NCBI GenBank assembly: GCA_016196545.1
Contig: JACPXM010000020.1
Span: 74,626 to 138,625 of the forward strand
Origin: Candidatus Omnitrophota bacterium
Lineage (GTDB): Bacteria > Omnitrophota > Omnitrophia > Omnitrophales > Aquincolibacteriaceae
Direction of reading: 5' to 3'
Length of the DNA stretch: 64,000 nt
The notes beneath the pieces were generated by a model, which saw nothing but the letters and a program-made list of their open reading frames with translations, had not been told where the DNA came from and ran no database searches. The position numbers were made by a program, and so were the translations under genes. Below are positions 45,525 to 53,416 of this stretch, in pieces (position 1 is the stretch's first letter; each line of letters opens with the position of its first letter).

Positions 45525-48313
45525 AATTCGTTCCAATTGAATTTGATATAACGGCTTTCCGCGGCCTTTTGATTCCCTTCGGCGTTGGCCACCCAGAAAT
45601 CTGGGAAGGCGTAAATCACACTTTGAATATTGGAGGAGGGTGCGATTTCGCGGGCAATCGTCTTTGCAATCTCGGGATTTAATTTTCCGTAATGGTCCTC
45701 AACCAGCCGTCCCTGCTTTAAATAGCGGATTTCATAGGCGCTTCCCGCTGGAATTTCAAGGCCCTTTTTTTTGGGATTTCCTTTAGAGGCCCATTGCAAG
45801 TCCCGAATCCCAGGATCCAGCGCCGTATCGCCGCGGAAAACTGCATTTTCCAGGACGAGGGCGTAGGGCGCCATTTTTTCTCTTTCGTCGGAATCCGAAA
45901 ACCAAGCGAGATGATTTTTTGTGGTCTCAATGGAGATGGCTTTTTTTCTAAGGGCGTCCGCGATGACGTAATGATAGCCTCGCGTGCGGTCAATATTTTT
46001 TAAAAGTTGGAGGCCTTCTTCAATATCCCCCGCCGTTTCTAAAATCCGTTTAAGCGCAAAGGGCATGGGAACGCCTGACATGGTTTCATCCGCGGAAGTC
46101 GCGCCAATTTGCCCGACAGAAATTCCCTTTTCATTGATTCCCGAGAGCACGCCGGAAAATCCATAATAGCCAATATTGACATAAGCCTTCCTTCCCGGAA
46201 TATGGATAAATTTCACTGCAGCATGCTCATGAATTCCCATTTTGCGATTCCAGTCGAGATTTCGAATCGCGATGAGACTCCCGTCCTCGGTGGCGGCGCC
46301 CCAATAGGCACCGTTGGAGCAAAATGTGGGATAAAGTTCCGGCAGGGCATGAATGCGTTTGATTTTTCCGAAGGAGATTCCCGCCCCATCCGCGATTCCC
46401 TTCATGTGAAGGTATTCATCGTAAGCGATAAAGGGCTCCATTTTTTTCCAGGCGCGTCCTGAAATCCAACGAATGATGAGGCGGTTCATGAAAGGAAGAT
46501 AACGCAGCTCCTTACGAAAATAGCGGAAAATATCATCCACCCCTTGTTTGATTTGAGGCCCCAAAAGACGGCCTTCTTCAAAACCCACGTGATAAGGATC
46601 TCCCCTGAGTTTTAAAACCGGGAGGCCTTCGCGAGAGAGCAATTCTCCAGCCGGCTGGATAAAGACCTTTTCTTCAGGCGCCACTAACTTTTCTAAAATC
46701 CGATCAAAGGTCCTTTGTACAAAATAGTCCATTTGAGGCCCAAAAAAACTAACAGTGGATTCGTAATGATCCCGATTTTTCCAGTGCCGCCGGGGGACCA
46801 CATAACCGATATAATCGTTGGCAAAACCAATCACAAAAGGTTGAAAAAATTTAGCGCGCATCCGATTCTCGATTTCGAGGCCCGTTTCGGAGTGGAGTTC
46901 GCCGGGAAAGGCAAGAAAGAGAAAAGGACCGAGCCTGATTTCTTGAAAATAAGATTTTCTCGGAAAAAATCGATTGCCCAGGAGGGAGGGGATACGCAAG
47001 AATCCCGCGCGGATTTTGGTTCGAGGGAGTTTAACCTTTTCTATTTGTCCCCGCCAGGGGCCGCTCAAGGAAATCCCTGAAAATTTCATGAATTCAATTT
47101 CTTGGGAAAGCCGGAAACCGTAGGCGTCCATTTTTTCAAATCGATTTTCGAATCCCTCAAAATGGGGACGAAGGTCGGCTGCGGCCCCGTTGGCGAATAG
47201 GGCCACGGCCCCTGGAAATTTTTTCTCAAGCTTTCCGCTCAAGGCGCCCGGAAAGTCAGCGGAAAATTCCATGTTCGATGCCGGAAGCAGGGTGGGGTGG
47301 GCGGCCATCATCACAAGAAATCCCACAGGAGTGTCCCCCGCAGCTTGGAAGCGCAGTACGCGCATCTTGTCCGGGATATCCAAACGGGCGTCCATTCGGT
47401 TTTCAACCAGATCCCGGATATCCGATTCGCCGTATTGAGCGCTGACGGGGATTTTTTCATCGAGTGCATCAAGCGCAGCCCGCGCCATGCTGTTGGAAAC
47501 AAATTCGAAAACTTCTTTGCGAGCTTTCCCCATAATAAAACGTTCCCAAAACCGGCCTCCAAGGGCGCCGGCGCCGGAGTGGGTGTGGGTCGCAAAAAGC
47601 ACAAGCCCTTCCTCCCGAAATGATTTTTTGGTGCGGATTTTTTTAAGGACGGCCTTTCTCAGTTTTTCGTCAATGAGAACAAGATCCGCAGAAACAAAGA
47701 CAAATTGCTTTTCCCCTTTTGAAAGGGCAAGTGCCCGTGCAAAGAGGGGATCATGAATTCCGGTGGAGGGCCTGCCCTTGCGTTTTCCGAATCCTGCCAG
47801 CGGTGTTCCCACCGCGGGCGTAATTTCCGCCTTTGCCGTTCCCACATAAAGCGACTCGCTTCCGCTTTCCGCCCAAATTGGTTTCGAGAAAGATAGAATG
47901 CCGATTAAAAAAATCACTAAAGCGCTAATCCCACTCGCTCCTGCGCTCCGGATGCGGAAAGGTCTAAGGGCAATTCGGCGGGGGCCCCACCTGATTCCCG
48001 CCCTTTGTATCGACGGGCTCAGGTTTTCCCCTCGCCGATATTGCCCAAGACTTTCACGCATCCTGCGCGAAGTCACTCGTTGAGGATTAGCGCTTTTTTT
48101 GACTAGCGTTTTTGATTCAAGAACCGGAGGTTTTCTTGCGTTGTCTGAAGGCAGCTCGGAGTCGCTGATTTCTATGGCAATGAAATCAGCGGAGGCTCCG
48201 CGCAGCGAAGGCCACTCAAACCGATGTTTAATTTGTGGCCTGAGCGGTGCCGCAAGACAATACAAGAAAACCTCTCTGTCATTTATCTGATGATTAAAAT
48301 GCTCTTTGTGCAT
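45521..48313 (-). CDS. fusion protein: neutral/alkaline-ceramidase-like N-terminal domain plus C45-family (acyl-CoA:6-APA acyltransferase-like) Ntn-hydrolase domain
   Basis: 'GTAKAEITPAVGTPLAGFG', 'DPLFARALAL', 'LFATHTHSGAG' (ceramidase-N pattern). 'TFCSNGAYWG', 'AIRNLDWN', 'GINEKGISVG' (C45 pattern). TM helix 'ISALVIFLIGILSF'. The start is uncertain: ATG 48313 has AAGAGG 7 nt upstream, and 48382 and 48061 are also in frame. Confidence 0.75.
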   Translation of the reverse strand: MHKEHFNHQINDREVFLYCLAAPLRPQIKHRFEWPSLRGASADFIAIEISDSELPSDNARKPPVLESKTLVKKSANPQRVTSRRMRESLGQYRRGENLSPSIQRAGIRWGPRRIALRPFRIRSAGASGISALVIFLIGILSFSKPIWAESGSESLYVGTAKAEITPAVGTPLAGFGKRKGRPSTGIHDPLFARALALSKGEKQFVFVSADLVLIDEKLRKAVLKKIRTKKSFREEGLVLFATHTHSGAGALGGRFWERFIMGKARKEVFEFVSNSMARAALDALDEKIPVSAQYGESDIRDLVENRMDARLDIPDKMRVLRFQAAGDTPVGFLVMMAAHPTLLPASNMEFSADFPGALSGKLEKKFPGAVALFANGAAADLRPHFEGFENRFEKMDAYGFRLSQEIEFMKFSGISLSGPWRGQIEKVKLPRTKIRAGFLRIPSLLGNRFFPRKSYFQEIRLGPFLFLAFPGELHSETGLEIENRMRAKFFQPFVIGFANDYIGYVVPRRHWKNRDHYESTVSFFGPQMDYFVQRTFDRILEKLVAPEEKVFIQPAGELLSREGLPVLKLRGDPYHVGFEEGRLLGPQIKQGVDDIFRYFRKELRYLPFMNRLIIRWISGRAWKKMEPFIAYDEYLHMKGIADGAGISFGKIKRIHALPELYPTFCSNGAYWGAATEDGSLIAIRNLDWNRKMGIHEHAAVKFIHIPGRKAYVNIGYYGFSGVLSGINEKGISVGQIGATSADETMSGVPMPFALKRILETAGDIEEGLQLLKNIDRTRGYHYVIADALRKKAISIETTKNHLAWFSDSDEREKMAPYALVLENAVFRGDTALDPGIRDLQWASKGNPKKKGLEIPAGSAYEIRYLKQGRLVEDHYGKLNPEIAKTIAREIAPSSNIQSVIYAFPDFWVANAEGNQKAAESRYIKFNWNEF

Positions 48314-48341
48314 GAGGGAGCCTCTTGTAAGATTGTAGCCG

Positions 48342-48803
48342 ATGAAACGCGCCAGGGAAATTGTAATTTCGGTATTTGTCATGGGCTGGTTCGCTCTTTT
48401 CCATTATGAGGCGCTCCGGCCACTTTATCTCACGCATTGGCTCAAACGCGATTTGCCCAAAACCCCTCTCTTTTTTCCCTCCAACGGTTGGACCATGTAT
48501 TACAGTATTGGCAATTTTTGGATGACGGCCGAGGTGTATGGGCAAAAGGAGGAAGGGGGAAAGCCCGAACGAATTCCTGCAGAAAAAATTTTTAAACTCG
48601 CCTTTTTAAAGGCAGATTTCTTCCGGCGTAACACAATCGGAAAGATCCTTGAGCCTGAAGCCCAAAAGTCCTTTTGTGAATATCTGAAACGGCAGCTTCC
48701 GGAATACCAATCCTTTGCGGTCATGAAATCCGGCTATACTCAGCTTGTTCCTGAGCGCAGTGAAAAGCAATATTTTCCACCCTCCTTTATATGTTCAAGA
48801 TAA
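48342..48803 (+). CDS. hypothetical membrane-anchored protein
   Basis: 153 aa with one N-terminal TM helix ('IVISVFVMGWFALF'). Its stop overlaps the start of the next ORF by 13 nt. No known motif. Confidence 0.55.
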   Translation: MKRAREIVISVFVMGWFALFHYEALRPLYLTHWLKRDLPKTPLFFPSNGWTMYYSIGNFWMTAEVYGQKEEGGKPERIPAEKIFKLAFLKADFFRRNTIGKILEPEAQKSFCEYLKRQLPEYQSFAVMKSGYTQLVPERSEKQYFPPSFICSR

Positions 48804-49624
48804 CAAAAAATCGAAACCCAAAAGGTACCCGGTTCCCGCAATTAGGGAACCCGGTACCGGTAGGCTTTGATCTGACGCCTTTCCGCGTCGCGATTGCCTT
48901 TTGTTTCGCGTTTCATATGCTCCCCTCCTTTTTATTTTTTAAAGAGAACTATCTTGCAGGCTCCTTCCGGTTTCAGGAACATGATTTTTTCCCGGGTTGG
49001 CTTCTTGCCCTTGCGGATCAGAGCCCAGACCTGCTTCTTATAAGCCTTTTGATGTTGATGATGATATTTTGGTTTGGATTTTTGATGGGATTCAAAACCC
49101 AAATCAGCGCTTTCGCTTTGACGCTTTGTGCCTATTTTTTTTATGCGCGAAACGCGTTTTATCTGAAAACGCTGGCCTGGGACATGCTTTTGGTAACGCT
49201 TGTGCCGTTTTGTGGGTTTGCCTCACACCCCCTTTTGTTGAGGCGGCTTTTGAGGCTGCAATTTACCTTCATCTATATGTATGCAGCATTGAATAAAATC
49301 ATTCCCGGAAATTGGATGCGGGAAAACCCTCTTCATTATCTCATGCACTATCCGGATCAAAGTGTGATGCGAGGGGAGGCCCTCAAGGGGCTTTTCAGCT
49401 TCCGGCCCGAATTATGTTATTTGCTTGGAATTCTAATCGTCAGCTTTGAATTCATACTTCCCGTGCTCTTATGGATTCCGCGCTGGTCTCGATGGGGAAT
49501 CGCAGCCGGGATTTTGTTTCATTTGATGCTCTCGCTACTCTTTCATGTCCCGCTTCTTTTCCTTTTGCTTTTCGCCGCCTACGGCCTGCTTTTTGGTCTC
49601 TCGGTACCAAGTTGTCGGCGCTAA
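48791..49624 (+). CDS. multi-pass membrane protein, HTTM/SdpB-like (tentative)
   Basis: 'DLTPFRVAIAFCFAF' resembles the first HTTM helix and is followed by about 6 more TM segments. ATG 48791 is the only ATG upstream of that helix. Confidence 0.55.
   Translation: MFKITKNRNPKGTRFPQLGNPVPVGFDLTPFRVAIAFCFAFHMLPSFLFFKENYLAGSFRFQEHDFFPGWLLALADQSPDLLLISLLMLMMIFWFGFLMGFKTQISAFALTLCAYFFYARNAFYLKTLAWDMLLVTLVPFCGFASHPLLLRRLLRLQFTFIYMYAALNKIIPGNWMRENPLHYLMHYPDQSVMRGEALKGLFSFRPELCYLLGILIVSFEFILPVLLWIPRWSRWGIAAGILFHLMLSLLFHVPLLFLLLFAAYGLLFGLSVPSCRR
48824..48858. repeat. type-2 palindromic element at the 5' end of the HTTM-like CDS
   Basis: GGTACCCGGTTCCC / 7-nt loop / GGGAACCCGGTACC, arms matching 13/14. 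Followed by GGTAGG as in type-1 copies. Read in frame it encodes GTRFPQLGNPVP. Confidence 0.85.
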
Positions 49625-49703
49625 TTCCCACCTCCTCCTTTTTGAAGTTGATTCTTAAGAAGGCATCCCCTATCATAAGGCCGTTTTAGCCTTCAGGGAG
49701 GTA

Positions 49704-49943
49704 ATGATGCGATCTATCCTAGTTGCCATTTTCAGCACGCTGCTTCTATCTTCTTGCATCCCGTTCCGGTCTCAAGCTCCGGATTCCGAAGTCGATACTC
49801 AATTGGGAGTGGAGGCCGACGAAGAAGCTGTGAATGCCCAAGACGCGCTTAGTGATTTACGCGAGGAGAAACTCAAAGAGCAACAGAGATCTTTGGAGCG
49901 GCATATCACAGACACTGGTTACAATCCATCCGTGAATGAATAA
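49704..49943 (+). CDS. small lipoprotein
   Basis: Signal peptide plus lipobox 'LLLSSC'. AGGGAGG at 49695-49701 favours the second ATG (49707). Acidic helical mature part. Confidence 0.7.
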   Translation: MMRSILVAIFSTLLLSSCIPFRSQAPDSEVDTQLGVEADEEAVNAQDALSDLREEKLKEQQRSLERHITDTGYNPSVNE

Positions 49944-51696
49944 AATATCTGAGGAAGCAGCCCCAAAATTTAAAAACGCCGGAGTTTTTTTATTTCTGGC
50001 TGTTTTGCTTTGTCTTTTCGCTTCCTCCTCTTTGGCGGAGGATCAAGACATCACTCTCGAAGAGCTCTCCAAAACCGAAGCTGCAAAACTTTATGTGACT
50101 AAGCAATATTTACAATCCCTTCAGGAATTCCAGAAACTCGAATCGCAATATCCAAAAAGTGTTGTGATCAAACGTTACATCGCCTCCCTCTATGACGCGC
50201 TCCGCCGCTGGGACGAGGCGGTTCAGAAACTCATTGAGGCACTTCGCATTGACCCCGACGATTTGATTAGCCGCCAGCTTCTTGGGGATATTTATGTGAA
50301 GCAGGCGGAGCTTGACAAGGCTCGTAAAGAATTTGAAACGCTCGTTTCTAAAGATAAAGAGGGTTCGTTTGGAAAATACGCGCAAAAAAAAATCGAGGAA
50401 ATCAATCAGCTTACGTCGCTCCCTTCCGCAGACGCGGGCCGCAGGCTCGCGATACAGGATTTTATGAAATCCAAGCCCGCGCAGGATTTTGCCCACGGTA
50501 AATACGAGGAGGCGTTGAAGGGTTTTGAAGGGCTTTTGGCTCAATATCCCGACGATATTCTCGTTCGTCGCTTCCGCGCGATTGCGCTGCTCCGGTTGGG
50601 GAAAAAAGAGGAATCGCTTGGAGCCTTGCAGGATGCCTTAAAGCTCGCGCCCGAAAATGTGGCCCTTCATTTTTATTTGGGGCAGACCCATCTTGAAATG
50701 AAGAAAATGGAAGAGGCCCGAAAGGAATTCCAATGGGTGATTGCCCATGATGAAACCAGTTATAAAATCCGCGCTCAGCGGGCCATTTTTCAGACCTTGG
50801 GTCAGGCGGCCGGTCCAGCCAAGCGATTGGGTATCAATATCAGTCAAGGTATTGAATACGATACTAATGCCACCTATAAGGCCGAAGACCCGGCCTTTGC
50901 TACAGCGGGTGATCAAAATTCTTTCAAATTTTCCACCACCGTCACCGGAACGTATCGGCTCCATCAAAAGAGAAAATGGACTTTTACGGGGGACGGACTT
51001 TATGCCCAAACGCTCTATACTGATTTTCCGAATTTGCAAACCTATACCTTTGGAGGCGGCATTTCAGGGCTTTACACCCTAACCCTTTTTAAAAAACCGG
51101 CCTTTCTTAATATTCGAGAAGGGGTAACGGAAACACTTTTAAAAAACACGTTCTATGTTTTTTCAAACAGTCTGTCTGCAAGCTTCATTTATATTCCCCA
51201 TAAGCGGTTGAGGAACACGCTGACTTATCGTTTCGGTTATTCCGAATATGATAACGATGGCCTGGCACCGGATTTTCAACGCCGCGACGGTTTTACCCAA
51301 GCGCTCAGTTTTTCCAATGCCCTGTATTTCAATGACAAAAGAAACTTTTATATGAATTTAAATTACGATTATGAAAGGGGGAGTACCGAGGGTGTTAATT
51401 ACATCAAGGATGTGCACGGAATTAATACCGCTCTGCATTTCCCCCTCATTGAAAAAGTTGAAGGAGAATTGACCTTTAAATTCAAGGATTCCTATTATCC
51501 AAAATTTAGCCGCTCTACCACGTTAACGCCGGGCCGACGCGATGAACAATTCCTCTACACGGCACAACTTTCCCGCCCCCTGGGTAAATACTTGACGCTC
51601 AATCTCTATTACACTCGGGATATTACCAACGCCGAGCACAATCAGTATCAATACCGCAAACATCAATTCGGCAGTACTCTCACCTACAAGTACTAG
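49936..51696 (+). CDS. outer-membrane protein: N-terminal TPR repeats plus C-terminal beta-barrel (Slam/DUF560-like architecture, tentative)
   Basis: Signal peptide 'VFLFLAVLLCLFASSSLA'. About 250 aa of TPR-like repeats. The C-terminal ~300 aa has alternating hydrophobic/aromatic strands and ends 'STLTYKY' (OMP-type terminal aromatic). 8-nt overlap with the lipoprotein gene. Confidence 0.7.
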   Translation: MNKISEEAAPKFKNAGVFLFLAVLLCLFASSSLAEDQDITLEELSKTEAAKLYVTKQYLQSLQEFQKLESQYPKSVVIKRYIASLYDALRRWDEAVQKLIEALRIDPDDLISRQLLGDIYVKQAELDKARKEFETLVSKDKEGSFGKYAQKKIEEINQLTSLPSADAGRRLAIQDFMKSKPAQDFAHGKYEEALKGFEGLLAQYPDDILVRRFRAIALLRLGKKEESLGALQDALKLAPENVALHFYLGQTHLEMKKMEEARKEFQWVIAHDETSYKIRAQRAIFQTLGQAAGPAKRLGINISQGIEYDTNATYKAEDPAFATAGDQNSFKFSTTVTGTYRLHQKRKWTFTGDGLYAQTLYTDFPNLQTYTFGGGISGLYTLTLFKKPAFLNIREGVTETLLKNTFYVFSNSLSASFIYIPHKRLRNTLTYRFGYSEYDNDGLAPDFQRRDGFTQALSFSNALYFNDKRNFYMNLNYDYERGSTEGVNYIKDVHGINTALHFPLIEKVEGELTFKFKDSYYPKFSRSTTLTPGRRDEQFLYTAQLSRPLGKYLTLNLYYTRDITNAEHNQYQYRKHQFGSTLTYKY

Positions 51697-51705
51697 CAAA
51701 CCCTA

Positions 51706-51740
51706 CTGGTTCCAGACTAAAGCCGGCAACCTGGAACCGG
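51706..51740. repeat. type-1 palindromic element, degenerate copy d
   Basis: The right arm GGCAACCTGGAACCGG is intact and the left arm is reduced to CTGGTTCCAG. It lies 10 nt after the OMP stop. Confidence 0.7.
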
Positions 51741-51922
51741 GATTTAGTTATAGCATTAACTAGCATATACTATCATTCCCTTGTAACCGCTAAATCCTTA
51801 GATATCCTTTAACTTAGGAATTCTAGGATCCCATTTTGGGACTTGAATTTAGCTATTCCATATTATTGGGCGTAAGGACAAGCAATTTGCTGTGTGCCCA
51901 AAACGTTGGAAAGGGAGAAGCT

Positions 51923-53380
51923 ATGAAAACTTTATCTGCAAAGATTAAAAATGGTGCTCTGGCAATTTTTCTTACAGGCTTAATTTTTCCTTCGGGATTT
52001 TCTTATGCCCAAATCCAGTCGCTCAGTCCTGAGGCTAAGGCGCAGGCCTTGCTTCAGGCCGCAAGAGCGGAGCATGCCCAAAGCGGAATTGCTGATACCG
52101 AATCCTCAAAATCGGATACGCTGAGGGACCAAAGGGCGATCGTGATTCGCGTGGAAGGGGATGTCAAAATTCTTAAAGCAAATACCGAAGAATGGAAATC
52201 CGCAAAAAAAGAAATGATTCTTGAAACCGGAGATCAACTATTGACTGGTGAAAACAGTTTTATTGAATTTTCCTACGATGAATTTTTCCTCAACATTGCA
52301 AAAATCGACCAAAAGACAAAAGCCGAATTCCGTTCCATTGAACCCACGGATCTTTATATGGAAGACGGGACCATTTTTAGTGCGCTCGACGGCCTTGGCG
52401 GAAATAAATATTCCATTTCAACCCCCACGGCGGTTGCAGCCGTCCGAGGCACTCATTTGTATACAACCGCTGAAAATGGTGCCTTTGTGGATGTCGCCGT
52501 GGTTCCGGACAGCCGGGAATATCAAAGCTCCGTGGAAGTTATTTTCGAAGGACAAAACTTTGTGATTCAAGAAGGAGAACAACTTGCCTTCGGAGGGGAT
52601 GCTCCCAAGATCGAGGCCGTGCGGCCTGAAATTGGTTCCTTTGCCATGACCACTATGAATCACGTGCAAGAAAATTATCAGGGCTTTCGCGAAGGCGGTT
52701 TTCAGTTAATGAAAGAAAATCGTCCCGAGGAAATGCCCGCCTTGACGGGCTCCGATGAAAGAAAGACAGTTTATGACGGCAATCCCCCGGGAGACAATGG
52801 ACCCGGAAGCCCGATGGATTCTAACTTACAGGGAGGATCCGGAGGAGACTTTAGAAACATGGGAGCTCCGGATGCCTTTATCGATCAAGCTTTGTATTCT
52901 CCCGATCAGGATTTGGTTGCCCCGATGATGCTTCCTATGATGTATCACGATCCCGCGAATCCGTCCGAAACGTATACAGCAAATTTTGGGAATTTTTCAG
53001 CAACGACGGGGCCTCTTGCGGGCTACGACCCTACGTTGGCTCAGACTCCGGACTCGTATGCGAATATGCCGCATGATCCGTCGATGTACGCTGCCATGCC
53101 GGCTGGCGTGCCCATGCCTGGCTATGATCCGGCGATGACGGCAGGAGCCGCCACAAGTTATTATGATCCGGCAACCATGACAGGCGCTTACGCCACTTAT
53201 GATCCGAATATGGCCTATGTGCCTCCACCGACGGACACGTACATGCCTCCACCGGATTCTTATATTCCGCCGCCGGATACTTATTACAGTTCGCAGGACA
53301 CAGCTCAATATACCACTTATACCCCTCCGCCAGCGGGAGGAACATGCACGGATGAATATGGGCATTCTTATCCTTGTTAG
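51923..53380 (+). CDS. secreted FecR-domain protein with Pro/Tyr/Met-rich tail (module B, paralogue 1)
   Basis: ATG 51923 follows GGGAGAAG. Signal peptide 'MKTLSAKIKNGALAIFLTGLIFPSGFSYA'. FecR pattern 'ETGDQLLTGENSFIEF...ISTPTAVAAVRGTHLY'. Tail of 'YDPxM' / 'PPPD(T/S)Y' repeats ending 'CTDEYGHSYPC'. Confidence 0.85.
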   Translation: MKTLSAKIKNGALAIFLTGLIFPSGFSYAQIQSLSPEAKAQALLQAARAEHAQSGIADTESSKSDTLRDQRAIVIRVEGDVKILKANTEEWKSAKKEMILETGDQLLTGENSFIEFSYDEFFLNIAKIDQKTKAEFRSIEPTDLYMEDGTIFSALDGLGGNKYSISTPTAVAAVRGTHLYTTAENGAFVDVAVVPDSREYQSSVEVIFEGQNFVIQEGEQLAFGGDAPKIEAVRPEIGSFAMTTMNHVQENYQGFREGGFQLMKENRPEEMPALTGSDERKTVYDGNPPGDNGPGSPMDSNLQGGSGGDFRNMGAPDAFIDQALYSPDQDLVAPMMLPMMYHDPANPSETYTANFGNFSATTGPLAGYDPTLAQTPDSYANMPHDPSMYAAMPAGVPMPGYDPAMTAGAATSYYDPATMTGAYATYDPNMAYVPPPTDTYMPPPDSYIPPPDTYYSSQDTAQYTTYTPPPAGGTCTDEYGHSYPC

Positions 53381-53416
53381 AGACTGAGAAATAAAAATTG
53401 AAATAAGGAGAAAAAA

